Below, piece after piece: positions 29,986-40,441 of a stretch of DNA of 64,000 bases (position 1 is its first letter; each line of letters begins with the position of its first letter). A program made the position numbers and the translations under genes. The stretch is from Pseudomonadota bacterium (GTDB lineage: Bacteria > Pseudomonadota > Alphaproteobacteria > MED-G09). The notes beneath the pieces are model-generated. The model was not told the origin of the DNA. It ran no database searches and saw only the letters and a program-made list of their open reading frames with translations. The stretch spans positions 44,853-108,852 of the forward strand of contig JAYZKD010000032.1 of NCBI GenBank assembly GCA_036163815.1, written 5' to 3'.

Positions 29986-30074
29986 TAATGACTTATACAG
30001 AATAAAACATTTCTTGTCCTTGACAAATATGTATTAAATTGACCTATTGCAAAAATAAAAAGAGAATAAATTGA

Positions 30075-31847
30075 ATGCACCAATATAGAACACATAATTG
30101 TAATGAGTTAAGAGCTGATAATATAGATAATACAGTTAGATTATCCGGTTGGGTTCATAGAAAAAGAGATCATGGCGGCTTATTATTTATTGATTTAAGA
30201 GATCACTTTGGTTTAACTCAGCTCGTATTTGATCCAGATAGTGATGCATTTCTAGATGCTGAAAAGGTAAGAAACGAATCAGTAGTAACGGTTAACGGAA
30301 AAGTGGTAAAAAGATCGGATGATACTTTTAATAAAGGTTTGCCAACGGGAGAGATTGAGGTTTATGTGGATAGTTTAGAGGTTCTGAGTTCTTCTGACGA
30401 TCTACCGCTCCCAGTTTTTGGTGAACCGGATTATCCTGAAGAGTTGAGACTCAAATATAGATTTTTGGATTTAAGAAGGGAAACATTACATAAAAATATT
30501 ATTTTGAGATCAGATATTATTAATTTTATTAGACAAAAAATGATAGAAAATGATTTTCTTGAAATTCAAACTCCAATCATGACAGCTTCAAGCCCTGAAG
30601 GGGCGAGGGATTATTTAGTCCCTTCAAGAGTTCATCAAGGAAAATTTTATGCGCTTCCCCAAGCTCCTCAACAATTTAAACAACTTTTAATGACTTCCGG
30701 TTTTGATCGTTATTTTCAAATAGCCCCATGCTTTAGGGATGAAGACGCGAGAGCAGACAGATCGCCTGGAGAATTCTACCAATTAGATATTGAAATGAGC
30801 TTTGTAAACCAAGAAGATGTCTTTAACACTGTGGAACCTATTTTAAGAGATATATTTGAAAAATTTTCTAAAAATATGAAGGTTAATAAATCTTTTCCTA
30901 GGATTACATTTGCTGATTCTATAAAAAAATATGGAACGGATAAGCCTGATCTTCGAGTTCTAATTGAACTTAAAGATATTACAAAAATATTTGTTGATTC
31001 TGGATTTAAGATCTTTTCTGAACAGATAGCAAAGGATAACAATATTAAGGTCTGGGCTATTCCATCTAAAACTGGTGGATCAAGAGCCTTTTGCGATAAA
31101 ATGAATAAGTGGGCAATTGATGAGGGTCAGCCTGGTTTAGGTTATATTTTCTTTAAAGATGGAAAGGGGTCTGGGCCTATAGCAAAGAATATTGGAGAAG
31201 AAAAAACTTCAGCAATTAGAGAAGAATTAGATCTTGAAGATGGAGACGCAGTTTTCTTTGTGTGTGGTATTCCGGATAATTTTTTAGAATTTATATCTAG
31301 AGCAAGAGTTAAGATTGGAAATGAATTAAATTTAATTAAAAAAGATTGTTTTGAGTTTTGTTGGATAGTTGACTTTCCTATGTTTGAATATAATCAAGAT
31401 GAGAAAAAAATAGACTTCTCACATAATCCTTTTTCTATGCCGCAAGGGGGGCTCAAGACCCTTGAAAATAGTGACCCTTTAGAAATAAATGCTTATCAAT
31501 ATGATATCGTCTGTAATGGTGTTGAGTTGTCTTCGGGGGCTATAAGAAATCACAGACAAGATATTCTAATAAAAGCCTTCCAAATAGCAGGATATGATAT
31601 TGAAGAAATAAAAAGCCGATTTGGTGCTATGTTTGAAGCATTTGCTTATGGCGCACCACCGCATGGCGGAATTGCTCCAGGAATTGATAGAATGGTAATG
31701 CTTCTAGCTGGCGTTAACAACCTTCGAGAAGTAATAGCTTTTCCAATGAATCAACAAGCTCAAGACCTATTAATGAATGCACCTTCAGAAATAACTAGCG
31801 AACAAGCAAAAGAACTGGGAATTAAAATTTTAGAAAAGAAAGATTAA
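30075..31847 (+). CDS. aspS: Aspartyl-tRNA synthetase
   Basis: 590 aa with an OB anticodon-binding domain, class II motifs ([27 protein letters not shown]), and a GAD insertion. Confidence 0.92.
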   Translation: MHQYRTHNCNELRADNIDNTVRLSGWVHRKRDHGGLLFIDLRDHFGLTQLVFDPDSDAFLDAEKVRNESVVTVNGKVVKRSDDTFNKGLPTGEIEVYVDSLEVLSSSDDLPLPVFGEPDYPEELRLKYRFLDLRRETLHKNIILRSDIINFIRQKMIENDFLEIQTPIMTASSPEGARDYLVPSRVHQGKFYALPQAPQQFKQLLMTSGFDRYFQIAPCFRDEDARADRSPGEFYQLDIEMSFVNQEDVFNTVEPILRDIFEKFSKNMKVNKSFPRITFADSIKKYGTDKPDLRVLIELKDITKIFVDSGFKIFSEQIAKDNNIKVWAIPSKTGGSRAFCDKMNKWAIDEGQPGLGYIFFKDGKGSGPIAKNIGEEKTSAIREELDLEDGDAVFFVCGIPDNFLEFISRARVKIGNELNLIKKDCFEFCWIVDFPMFEYNQDEKKIDFSHNPFSMPQGGLKTLENSDPLEINAYQYDIVCNGVELSSGAIRNHRQDILIKAFQIAGYDIEEIKSRFGAMFEAFAYGAPPHGGIAPGIDRMVMLLAGVNNLREVIAFPMNQQAQDLLMNAPSEITSEQAKELGIKILEKKD

Positions 31848-31850
31848 AAT

Positions 31851-32234
31851 ATGGGTTTAAAATCATTACTTCTAGAAACTTTTACTTGGTGGAATAATCA
31901 AACTTTAGGAACACGAATTTACACTTCCTTTAAAGGAAAAAAAGTAGGTATAGATGAAAAAGGTAATAAGTTTTATGTACATAGAAAAAATAATAAAAAG
32001 AGATGGATAATTTATAATGGTTTAATGGACGCATCGAAAGTACCGGCTCTATGGCATGATTGGCTTCATTATAGAACAGATGAAATACCGAATGAAAGTG
32101 ACAAAAACCCAAATTGGTATAAAATACACGAAGAAAATACAACTGGAACTAATGAGGCTTATAGTCCAGAATTATCAAAAAATAAAGAGCCAGAAATATT
32201 AAAAAAGAATTATGAACCTTGGAATCCTGAGTAA
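31851..32234 (+). CDS. NADH:ubiquinone oxidoreductase NDUFA12-family (17.2 kDa) protein
   Basis: 127 aa with a WWNNQTLGT...GNKFY...RWIIY pattern typical of bacterial NDUFA12 homologs. Confidence 0.5.
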   Translation: MGLKSLLLETFTWWNNQTLGTRIYTSFKGKKVGIDEKGNKFYVHRKNNKKRWIIYNGLMDASKVPALWHDWLHYRTDEIPNESDKNPNWYKIHEENTTGTNEAYSPELSKNKEPEILKKNYEPWNPE

Positions 32235-32239
32235 ATAGA

Positions 32240-32686
32240 ATGAAGTCAAGTGTCTTTGAAACATTTATTGGTGCAATAGTAGTTTTTTTAGCTGTTGTTT
32301 TCCTTTTTTATAGTTTTTCTATTACAGACAGTAATACAAATGGAAGTTATAAGATTATCGCCGTTTTTAATCGTATAGATGGTATTCAAAATGGATCAGA
32401 TGTAAGGTTATCTGGAATTAAAATTGGTACTGTTGCCAGCAGTCTTTTAGATCAAACAACATATGAGGCTGAATTAAATCTTTTGATTGATAATTCAATA
32501 AAAATTCCAGATGATAGTTCTGCAAAGATTACAACTGATGGTCTTTTGGGCAATAGCTATGTGTCTATTGAACCAGGGGGAAGTGAAATATATATTGAAG
32601 AAAATGGACAAATAATATTCACTCAAGGATCTGTAGATTTAATAGGGTTAGTAGGGCAGACTCTTTTTTCTGTTGAGGAAAATTGA
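32240..32686 (+). CDS. mlaD: MlaD-like MCE-domain protein
   Basis: N-terminal TM anchor plus an MCE domain (SYKIIAVFNRIDGIQNGSDVRLSGIKIGTV) over 148 aa. Confidence 0.6.
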   Translation: MKSSVFETFIGAIVVFLAVVFLFYSFSITDSNTNGSYKIIAVFNRIDGIQNGSDVRLSGIKIGTVASSLLDQTTYEAELNLLIDNSIKIPDDSSAKITTDGLLGNSYVSIEPGGSEIYIEENGQIIFTQGSVDLIGLVGQTLFSVEEN

Positions 32687-34030
32687 TTAATTTTTTTTAG
32701 ATTTGTAATTTTCTAACCAGTTAATATCATAGTTTCCTTTTAAGAAGTCTTCTTGGTCAATGATTTCTTGAAAAAAGGGTATGGTTGTTTTGATACCTTC
32801 AATCACGAATTCGTCTAAAGCTCTTTTAAGTCTTTTTATACAGGATTTCCGATCCTTATCATGTATTATTAGTTTTGCTATTAGGCTATCGTAATAGGGA
32901 GAAATTTCTAACCCAGAATAACAATTTGAATCTACCCTTACTCCCGGACCACTAGGAATATGTAAATTAGTTATTTTTCCTGGTGATGGTAAAAAAGTTT
33001 CTGGGTCTTCAGCATTTATTCTACATTCAATTGAGTGCCCAAAACTTTTTAGGGAATCTTGATTGGTTGAAAGTTTATATTTTGCAGCGACTAGTATTTG
33101 TTCTTTAACTAAGTCAAAATTATAAATCTCTTCCGATATTGGGTGTTCTACTTGTATTCTAGTATTCATTTCCATAAAATAAAAAAGGCCTTCTTCATAT
33201 AAATATTCCACAGTGCCGGCATTAAAATACCCCATTGATTTTAATGAATTAATAGTTAAATCACATATTTCCTTTCTTTTTTTATCTTCAATAATTTCCG
33301 AGGGGGTTTCCTCTATAAGTTTTTGATTTCTTCTTTGAATTGAGCAATCTCTTTCTCCTAAATGAATCATATTGTTATATTCATCACCTATTATTTGTAT
33401 CTCGATATGTTTTGGATTTTTTAAATATTTTTCTATATAAACCCTTTTGTCATTAAAAGACTTTTCAGCTTCGGAAGATGCTCTTACTAATGATTCCTCT
33501 AACTCATCTTCTTTGAATACTTTTACCATGCCTCTCCCTCCACCTCCTGCTGAAGCCTTAATAATAATTGGGTAACCGAGATTATCCGAGATTGTCTTTG
33601 CTTCTTTAGTAGTTTGAATTTCTCCTGAAGAACCGGAAATAATAGGAAGACCTAAATTTTTTGCTGATTCTTTAGCTAAAATTTTATCTCCCATCATTTT
33701 TATATGTTGTGATCGAGGGCCAATGAATTTAATGTCATGAGCTTCAAGTTTTTCTGCGAAACCATAATTTTCAGATAAAAAACCATACCCCGGATGCACG
33801 GCGTCTGCACCAGAAATTTCACAAGCAGAAATAATTGAAGGTATATTCAAGTAAGACTTTAACGAAGGCGGTGGTCCAATACATACACTTTCATCGGCAA
33901 GCTTAACATGCATAGCATCTTTATCTGCAGAAGAATAAACAGCTACGGTTTCAATTCCCAATTCTTTACAGGCTCTTAGAATCCTAATAGCTATTTCGCC
34001 TCTATTCGCAATTAATATTTTATTGAACAT
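32687..34030 (-). CDS. accC: Acetyl-CoA carboxylase biotin carboxylase subunit
   Basis: ATP-grasp and biotin carboxylase motifs (MFNKILIANRGEIA, EMNTRIQVEHP) over 447 aa. Confidence 0.92.
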   Translation of the reverse strand: MFNKILIANRGEIAIRILRACKELGIETVAVYSSADKDAMHVKLADESVCIGPPPSLKSYLNIPSIISACEISGADAVHPGYGFLSENYGFAEKLEAHDIKFIGPRSQHIKMMGDKILAKESAKNLGLPIISGSSGEIQTTKEAKTISDNLGYPIIIKASAGGGGRGMVKVFKEDELEESLVRASSEAEKSFNDKRVYIEKYLKNPKHIEIQIIGDEYNNMIHLGERDCSIQRRNQKLIEETPSEIIEDKKRKEICDLTINSLKSMGYFNAGTVEYLYEEGLFYFMEMNTRIQVEHPISEEIYNFDLVKEQILVAAKYKLSTNQDSLKSFGHSIECRINAEDPETFLPSPGKITNLHIPSGPGVRVDSNCYSGLEISPYYDSLIAKLIIHDKDRKSCIKRLKRALDEFVIEGIKTTIPFFQEIIDQEDFLKGNYDINWLENYKSKKN

Positions 34031-34483
34031 TTACTTTATAATCATTAAAGGATCATCAAATTGAACAGGCTGTTCGTTTTGAACTAAAATATCTTTTACT
34101 GTTCCATCTTTTTCAGCAAGTATATCATTCATAGTTTTCATAGCTTCAATTATTAATATTGTTTGTCCTTTTTTTACTTTGTCCCCAACTTTAACGAAAG
34201 TATCCATTCCTGGTTCAGGTTGAAGGTAGACTGTTCCTACCATAGGAGAATTTATTGTATCTTCTCCTGCTAAATTTTCTTTCTTTTCTTTAGGCGGTGA
34301 ATTTTTTATTGAAGGGGCAACATTTAAGGAGTTAGCTATATTCTTATTTTTGGAAACTCTAACTTTTCCAACTTTTTCATTTTGTATTTCAATTTCTGTA
34401 ATATTTAATTCTTCTATAAGTTCAGATAGCTCTTTTATTGCTTTTCTTTCATCATCACTAATAATTTGATTGTTTTTAGTCAA
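34031..34483 (-). CDS. accB: Biotin carboxyl carrier protein
   Basis: Biotinyl-lysine motif EAMKTMN at the C-terminus over 150 aa, upstream of accC. Confidence 0.85.
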   Translation of the reverse strand: MTKNNQIISDDERKAIKELSELIEELNITEIEIQNEKVGKVRVSKNKNIANSLNVAPSIKNSPPKEKKENLAGEDTINSPMVGTVYLQPEPGMDTFVKVGDKVKKGQTILIIEAMKTMNDILAEKDGTVKDILVQNEQPVQFDDPLMIIK

Positions 34484-34496
34484 AATAATTCTCCAA

Positions 34497-34940
34497 TTAC
34501 TTTAATTTATTTATTATAAATTGAAGTGCAAATTTATAACCATCAATACCTAATCCACTTATTACACCTTCAGCCGATTTTGACACATATGAATTATGGC
34601 GAAATTCTTCCCTTTTGTATATATTTGAAATATGAACTTCTACAATTGGAATTTCAGATGCTAGAAGAGCATCATAAAGGGCAATGGATGTGTGTGTATA
34701 ACCTGCAGGATTGATAATTATACCATCTCCTTGTTTTGAAGATTTATGAACAAGATCAATTAATTCACCTTCATGATTTGTTTGGTGAAGTGAAATTTCA
34801 ATATTATTTTCATTAGCAATTTCTAAAAGATTAGACTCAATATTTTTTAATGATATATCTCCATATATTTCAGGCTCTCTTTTGCCAAGGAGATTAAGAT
34901 TAGGTCCATTTAAAATATATATAATTTTTTTTTCTTTCAT
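34497..34940 (-). CDS. aroQ: 3-dehydroquinate dehydratase type II
   Basis: LNGPNLNLLG...EPEIYG start typical of type II DHQase over 147 aa, in the aroQ-accB-accC cluster. Confidence 0.85.
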   Translation of the reverse strand: MKEKKIIYILNGPNLNLLGKREPEIYGDISLKNIESNLLEIANENNIEISLHQTNHEGELIDLVHKSSKQGDGIIINPAGYTHTSIALYDALLASEIPIVEVHISNIYKREEFRHNSYVSKSAEGVISGLGIDGYKFALQFIINKLK

Positions 34941-35018
34941 ATTCCCTATTTTTTACGAATCATAAGGTTATCTAACCTTTTGAATTATATAGCGTCAACT
35001 TTTGATAAAAAGGATATA

Positions 35019-35753
35019 CTAATTATAGTTTGCTAATAAAAGATTCTTAAAACTAGACTTATCTAATGCCCCAGGAATAATCTCATTTCCTATCAAAAAT
35101 GTTGGTGTCCCGTTTATCCCTAGTTTATCAGCTATAATATAATTTTCCTCTATATATTTAGTATCTGCTTTATTAATATCATCAATTAATAAGTCTATAT
35201 CTAATTCTAGTTCTGATGCATAAGATTTTATTGCATTGATATCAATTTTTCCTTGATGCCCAATTAATTTTTGATGCATTTGAAAGTATTTTCCTTGCGA
35301 ATGAGAAGCTAACGCTGCTTTTGAAGCAATTATAGAGCTGTCGCCTAAAACTGGGAGTTCTACTAGAACTATTTTCAGATTAGAATCTTCAGAAACTAAA
35401 TCCATAAGATCAGAGAAAACTCTCTTACAATATCCGCAATTATAATCAAAAAATTCAATAACAATTTTTGTTCCTTTTGGATTCCCAATATAAAATTCAG
35501 TATTTTCTAAATAAGGTCTAAGTTGATTTACTAGTTTCTTAGTAACTTGCTTGTTGTTGTTTTCTAAAATTAATTCTGCTTTTTTTATAAATCCTTCTAT
35601 TTGTTCCGGGTTGTTTTCAAGGTATTTATAAATTTCATCAGTCGAATATTTAGTGCCTATTAGAGTATTTGAGAAATATCCTAATAGAATAAACAAAACT
35701 ATTGCAAAAAAATATAATAATACATCTTTTAGACTGGACATCTTTTTTTCCAT
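35019..35753 (-). CDS. DsbA-family thiol:disulfide oxidoreductase
   Basis: N-terminal TM/signal anchor and a thioredoxin fold with CxxC (YNCGYCK) over 244 aa. Confidence 0.65.
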   Translation of the reverse strand: MEKKMSSLKDVLLYFFAIVLFILLGYFSNTLIGTKYSTDEIYKYLENNPEQIEGFIKKAELILENNNKQVTKKLVNQLRPYLENTEFYIGNPKGTKIVIEFFDYNCGYCKRVFSDLMDLVSEDSNLKIVLVELPVLGDSSIIASKAALASHSQGKYFQMHQKLIGHQGKIDINAIKSYASELELDIDLLIDDINKADTKYIEENYIIADKLGINGTPTFLIGNEIIPGALDKSSFKNLLLANYN

Positions 35754-37102
35754 TTCTTTTTATTTTCAGAATCTAAAATAATGTCATCCGCTCTCATTAA
35801 TAAAGGACCAGAATTTTTTAGAAACTTTTTTGATCTTTTTGCATGGAATGACGCCATTTTAACATCTCCGAGAATAAAATATCTTTCGGCAGAATATAAG
35901 TCAGCTTTGCCGATATTCCCTAATCTTGCTTCTGCAATAGCAATTTGAAACCATGCATAAGAATTCTTTTTGTCGGATTTTATTACCTCTTTTAATAAGT
36001 TATGAGCTTTGATGTCATATTCTCTTTCATCAAGGGCTAAATATGCTGAAGCTAAAGCTACACTTATTAAAGGATGCTCATTTGAGTAAATTAAAGCATT
36101 CTCATATGGTTCTATTGATTTAATTATCTGACCTGATTCATAATAAACTTGCCCCTTTAATTCATAAAACCAAGGGTTTTTAGGATATTTTTGTATCAAG
36201 TTATTGATCTTTTTTATAGCTTCTTCTGTTAAAGCTTTTTTATAAAGAGCAATTGCTGATGCATAAATTCCATAATCGGATTTGTCGTTTTGAAATTTTC
36301 TAATTATATCATCAGGCCTTTTAAGGAAACCCTCTAATTTTGCCCTAATCATATTGTATCTATATAATAATTCTTTGCTATCATTTTGATTGTAGAAGTT
36401 AGAATTTATTGCTTGATTTTCTAATGCTCTAATTCTTTGTCTTGATATAGGATGGCTTCTTACTCTAGAGCTTTGATTTCTACTGCTCAAGGCTTCCTGA
36501 TCAGCAAAATTATACAGAACTTCGATCATGCCTTTAGATGATAATCCTAATTTTTCTAGATATTGAAAAGCAGCCTGATCTGCAGCAGCCTCTTGACCCC
36601 TTGAATACTTAGCTACCATTCCTCGTGCAATTTGTTGACTACCTAATAATATTCCTTGTACTGCATCGCTATCACCGCCTGCTACAGCTGCTCCAATACC
36701 CAATAGTAGACCAACTATCATAGGTGCCTGTGCTTTTTTTAATGCTATATCAGATCGTGCTAAATGCGCTCCAGCAATATGTCCTGTTTCATGAGCAAGA
36801 ACACCTCTAAGCATTGAAGGGTCTTCGAATTCCATAATTAAACCTGTATTAACGAAGATCTTTTGACCGCATGTTACAAAGGCATTTACAGCATTGTCAT
36901 TGAATAAATAAAGATCTACCGAAGAAGATCTCAAATTTGCTGCATTGATTATTGGTGTAGTTATTTCTTCTAGGAACTCTTCTGTCTCAGCATCCCTCGC
37001 TATACCACCTGCCTGAAGATATAAGGAATTAAAAAAATTTAATAAAATAAATAAGGCCAAAAAGGTCAAAAATTTAGGTATATTATTTTTTTTTGTCATC
37101 AA
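35729..37102 (-). CDS. M48-family metalloprotease with TPR repeats (BepA-like periplasmic protease)
   Basis: Signal peptide, HEXXH zinc motif (HETGHIAGAH), and a C-terminal TPR region across 457 aa. Confidence 0.65.
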   Translation of the reverse strand: MMTKKNNIPKFLTFLALFILLNFFNSLYLQAGGIARDAETEEFLEEITTPIINAANLRSSSVDLYLFNDNAVNAFVTCGQKIFVNTGLIMEFEDPSMLRGVLAHETGHIAGAHLARSDIALKKAQAPMIVGLLLGIGAAVAGGDSDAVQGILLGSQQIARGMVAKYSRGQEAAADQAAFQYLEKLGLSSKGMIEVLYNFADQEALSSRNQSSRVRSHPISRQRIRALENQAINSNFYNQNDSKELLYRYNMIRAKLEGFLKRPDDIIRKFQNDKSDYGIYASAIALYKKALTEEAIKKINNLIQKYPKNPWFYELKGQVYYESGQIIKSIEPYENALIYSNEHPLISVALASAYLALDEREYDIKAHNLLKEVIKSDKKNSYAWFQIAIAEARLGNIGKADLYSAERYFILGDVKMASFHAKRSKKFLKNSGPLLMRADDIILDSENKKKWKKRCPV

Positions 37103-37108
37103 AATATA

Positions 37109-39043
37109 TTATTTATTCCACCAACCAGTTTTTTTGTTTTTAACTTCTTTTTTATCTTCTATTGGGGCTCCAATATAATTTTCATTCTTTGGAGTTTCAA
37201 TTTTCTTTTTATTTGAGATATCTTTTTTTTGATCATCATCATTTTCTTTTGTTTCTTTGATTCTGTTTTCCTTCTTATCTTTAATTTTCTTATTTTGAAC
37301 ATTTTTCTTATTTTTTGATGACTCTTTATTATTTGAAGGTTTTTTCTTATTAGTATTTTCTTTAATTTTCTTATTTTTAACATTTTTCTCTTTTGTATTC
37401 TTATTCTTTCCAAGAATGTTAGAATTAAGATCATAAGAAGTAATTTTGCATTCTTTTCCCCTAAAGTTATTATCACCAATTAATTTAAATGAAATATTTG
37501 TTTCATTTTCTAATTTTGTTAGATCATCTCTCTTGTTGTTTATGATAAAATTTAATATTTCAATTGATATTTCGGCTTCAATTCTTTTAACTCTTTTATC
37601 ATTTGAAGCTTCACTGATATTTCTAAAAATTTCTAAAGCTATTGATTCTGTGGTTCTAAGAGATCCTTTTCCATCGCAATGTGGGCATATTTCATATGTG
37701 TTTTCTTGGATACTAGACCTTATCCTTTGCCTTGACATTTCCAATAACCCAAATGAACTGATTCTACCGACTTGAATTCGAGATCTGTCTAATCTAAGAG
37801 ATTCTTTTAATTTTTTTTCAATCGTTCTCCTATTTGCAAATTTTTCCATATCAATAAAGTCGATTACAATTAATCCTGCCATATCCCTCAGTTTTAATTG
37901 TCTAGCAATTTCTTCAGAAGCTTCAAGGTTCGTTCTTAAGGCTGTATCTTCAATATTATAATCTTTCTTGGATGTTCCTGAATTAACATCTATGGCAACT
38001 AGCGCTTCTGTTTGATCTATAACTAATGATCCTCCAGACTTTAGTGGTACATTTTCTGAATAAATTGAATTTAATTGATCTTGAATATTATTTTTCTGAA
38101 AAATAGGTTTAGACTCTTTCCACTTTTGCACTTTCTTAGCATGGCTAGGTATCATCATTTTCATTAAATTTTTTGCTAATTTATATTTCTCATCTCCTTG
38201 TATGTAAATTTTATCAATATCCTTGGAGTATATATCTCTAAGTGTTCTATGGATTACACTACCATTCTCATAAATTAATGATGGAGCATTTGCAGAAATC
38301 GTATCCTTTCTAATTTTATTCCATGATTTAATCAGAAAATTATAATCTTTCTTAATTTCCCCTGCTGTAGTTTTACTTCCTGCTGTTCTAATGATTAAAC
38401 CCATTTCATCGGATATATTTAATTTGTCTAAAATTGTTTTTAACTTTTTTCTTTCTTTTGAATTATTGATTCTCCTGCTAATTCCTCCACCCCGTAGTGT
38501 GTTAGGCATTAAGACACAATACCTTCCGGGTATTGAAATGTATGATGTTGCCGCAGCGCCTTTATTGCCCCTTTCTTCTTTAGATATTTGAATTAATATA
38601 ATTTGATTTTTCTTTATTACTTCTTGAATCTTGTATTTTATTGTCTCATTCTTTTTTCTATCTGATTCAATTTCCTCTAACTCATCTCCCCCAATATCAT
38701 CAGGTTGATCAGATGATTTATTATTATCATTTTCTAAAACTTCTTCATCTTTATCTAAATCTTTATTAGTGGTTTTTAATTTCTCTTTATCAGCTGAAGG
38801 GATTTGATAATAATCAGGATTAATTTCAGAAAATGGTAAGAAAGCGTTTTTGTTACCACCATAATCAAGGAAAGCGGCTTGAAGCGATGGCTCAACTCTA
38901 ATTACTTTTGCTAAATATATATTTCCTCTGATTGGTTTTTTATTTTCAAATTCATAATCATAATCTTCCAATCTGTTGTTTTTTGTAATCGCAACCCTTA
39001 TTTCTTCTTGGTGGACTGCATCTATTAAAATTTCGTTTGTCAT
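37109..39043 (-). CDS. rne: Ribonuclease E (compact form)
   Basis: S1 domain, DNase I-like and Zn-link (CPHCDGKG) catalytic core, then a Lys-rich low-complexity C-terminal tail ending GWWNK. Total length 644 aa. Confidence 0.8.
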   Translation of the reverse strand: MTNEILIDAVHQEEIRVAITKNNRLEDYDYEFENKKPIRGNIYLAKVIRVEPSLQAAFLDYGGNKNAFLPFSEINPDYYQIPSADKEKLKTTNKDLDKDEEVLENDNNKSSDQPDDIGGDELEEIESDRKKNETIKYKIQEVIKKNQIILIQISKEERGNKGAAATSYISIPGRYCVLMPNTLRGGGISRRINNSKERKKLKTILDKLNISDEMGLIIRTAGSKTTAGEIKKDYNFLIKSWNKIRKDTISANAPSLIYENGSVIHRTLRDIYSKDIDKIYIQGDEKYKLAKNLMKMMIPSHAKKVQKWKESKPIFQKNNIQDQLNSIYSENVPLKSGGSLVIDQTEALVAIDVNSGTSKKDYNIEDTALRTNLEASEEIARQLKLRDMAGLIVIDFIDMEKFANRRTIEKKLKESLRLDRSRIQVGRISSFGLLEMSRQRIRSSIQENTYEICPHCDGKGSLRTTESIALEIFRNISEASNDKRVKRIEAEISIEILNFIINNKRDDLTKLENETNISFKLIGDNNFRGKECKITSYDLNSNILGKNKNTKEKNVKNKKIKENTNKKKPSNNKESSKNKKNVQNKKIKDKKENRIKETKENDDDQKKDISNKKKIETPKNENYIGAPIEDKKEVKNKKTGWWNK

Positions 39044-39286
39044 TTAAATTATCTCCAAATGCCATTAGATTGAAATCACTTAAAATAGTGATTAAAATAT
39101 TATTTTCTTTTAAAATAATTGAATAATCCATGGCTTAAATCGTTTTATAGGGAAAAGTATTTTCATAATCCCAAATTTTAAAATTCTTAATTATTAATTA
39201 ATTAAATAAATATTTAATCATAAAAACGACTCCTTTATATTAAATAAGAAAGCTTTTACAAGCTTCTATTGAAATAATCGCAGAAA

Positions 39287-40429
39287 ATGTGGGTTTTTAA
39301 TAAATTATTTTTTATATTTTTTTATTTTTGTATCATTTTTGGTGCAGAGATTGCCTTTTCCGAAGAAAAAAATTTAGTCTCGAAAATTCGATTTTCAAAT
39401 AATGACAATGGTATAAGAATTGTAATAGATGTTGATAATAAATTTAAATATGAGATTAGGCCCTTAAAATCCCCTCCGAGAATTGTAGTAGATTTACACA
39501 ATGTTGCTTTTGATGATAATTTTTCTTTTCCTAATCCTGTTGGCATTGTGAAAGGAATAAGATTTGCAAATTATAGTTCTGAAATTTCAAGAATAGTTTT
39601 TGATTTAAGTGATTCTGGAAATATTCAAAACAGGAGAACTATTAAACAGAGTTCTGGATCAAAAAGGAAACTTAGTTTTGATATAGTTTTAGAAGATAAA
39701 ATTTCAGGTAATGAATTAAAGAAAGCAAGAAGTAAAAGAAATTATACAAAAAGAAAAACCATAATTTTAGACCCTGGGCATGGTGGAAAGGATCCTGGCA
39801 CATCATATCCAAGAGAAGTTTCAGAAAAAGATATAGTTTTGAGATTTGCGAGAATTTTGAAAAAGAATCTCTCACGAAATAAGAATTATCGAATTTATTT
39901 AACTAGGGAGGACGATCGTTTTGTATCGCTAAAAGATCGGGTTGATTTTGCGAAGAGTAAAAATGCAAATTTGTTTATATCGATTCATGCTGATGCTTCT
40001 AGTATTAAAAGTACAAAAGGATTTTCAGTTTATACTTTATCTAACAAAGGTATTGATAGAGAAGCAGAGAAGCTTGCTGCTATTGAAAATAGTTATGTGC
40101 CATCAAAAGTTAAGTATCAGGGTAATTATTTGAAGAATGCACTTAATCCTCGAGATTTCTATGATTTCAAAAAGAAATTATCACAAGCACAAGATGATTC
40201 TTATGTATTTGCCGGTATACTAATAGACAGAGTTGAAAAAAAATCGGCATTATTAAAAAATCCCAATAGGTATGCAGGATTTGCTGTTCTTAAATCTACT
40301 GATTTTCCTAGTGTTTTAGTGGAATTAGGTTTTGTAACAAATGATTATGATAGAAAGAATCTTAGAAGTATTAATTGGCTATCAGGCATTTCTTACCAAT
40401 TTGTTGATGCCATTAATACTTATTTCTAA
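39287..40429 (+). CDS. amiC: N-acetylmuramoyl-L-alanine amidase AmiC-like
   Basis: Signal peptide, N-terminal AMIN domain, and a C-terminal Amidase_3 domain (ILDPGHGGKDPG, SIHADA) over 380 aa. Confidence 0.75.
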   Translation: MWVFNKLFFIFFYFCIIFGAEIAFSEEKNLVSKIRFSNNDNGIRIVIDVDNKFKYEIRPLKSPPRIVVDLHNVAFDDNFSFPNPVGIVKGIRFANYSSEISRIVFDLSDSGNIQNRRTIKQSSGSKRKLSFDIVLEDKISGNELKKARSKRNYTKRKTIILDPGHGGKDPGTSYPREVSEKDIVLRFARILKKNLSRNKNYRIYLTREDDRFVSLKDRVDFAKSKNANLFISIHADASSIKSTKGFSVYTLSNKGIDREAEKLAAIENSYVPSKVKYQGNYLKNALNPRDFYDFKKKLSQAQDDSYVFAGILIDRVEKKSALLKNPNRYAGFAVLKSTDFPSVLVELGFVTNDYDRKNLRSINWLSGISYQFVDAINTYF

Positions 40430-40441
40430 TAGTATAATTAT

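Noticed and set aside
29986-30074. TTGACA/TTGACC hexamers in the rnd/aspS divergent region as sigma-70 promoters.
   Set aside because: Several alternative -35/-10 combinations are possible with sub-optimal spacing. In about 70% AT DNA such matches are expected by chance, and none can be singled out without TSS data.
34960-34985. Small hairpin AAGGTT-atct-AACCTT between dsbA-like and aroQ.
   Set aside because: A 6-bp AT-rich stem, with no U-tract on the strand where it would terminate the upstream minus-strand gene, makes an intrinsic terminator unconvincing.
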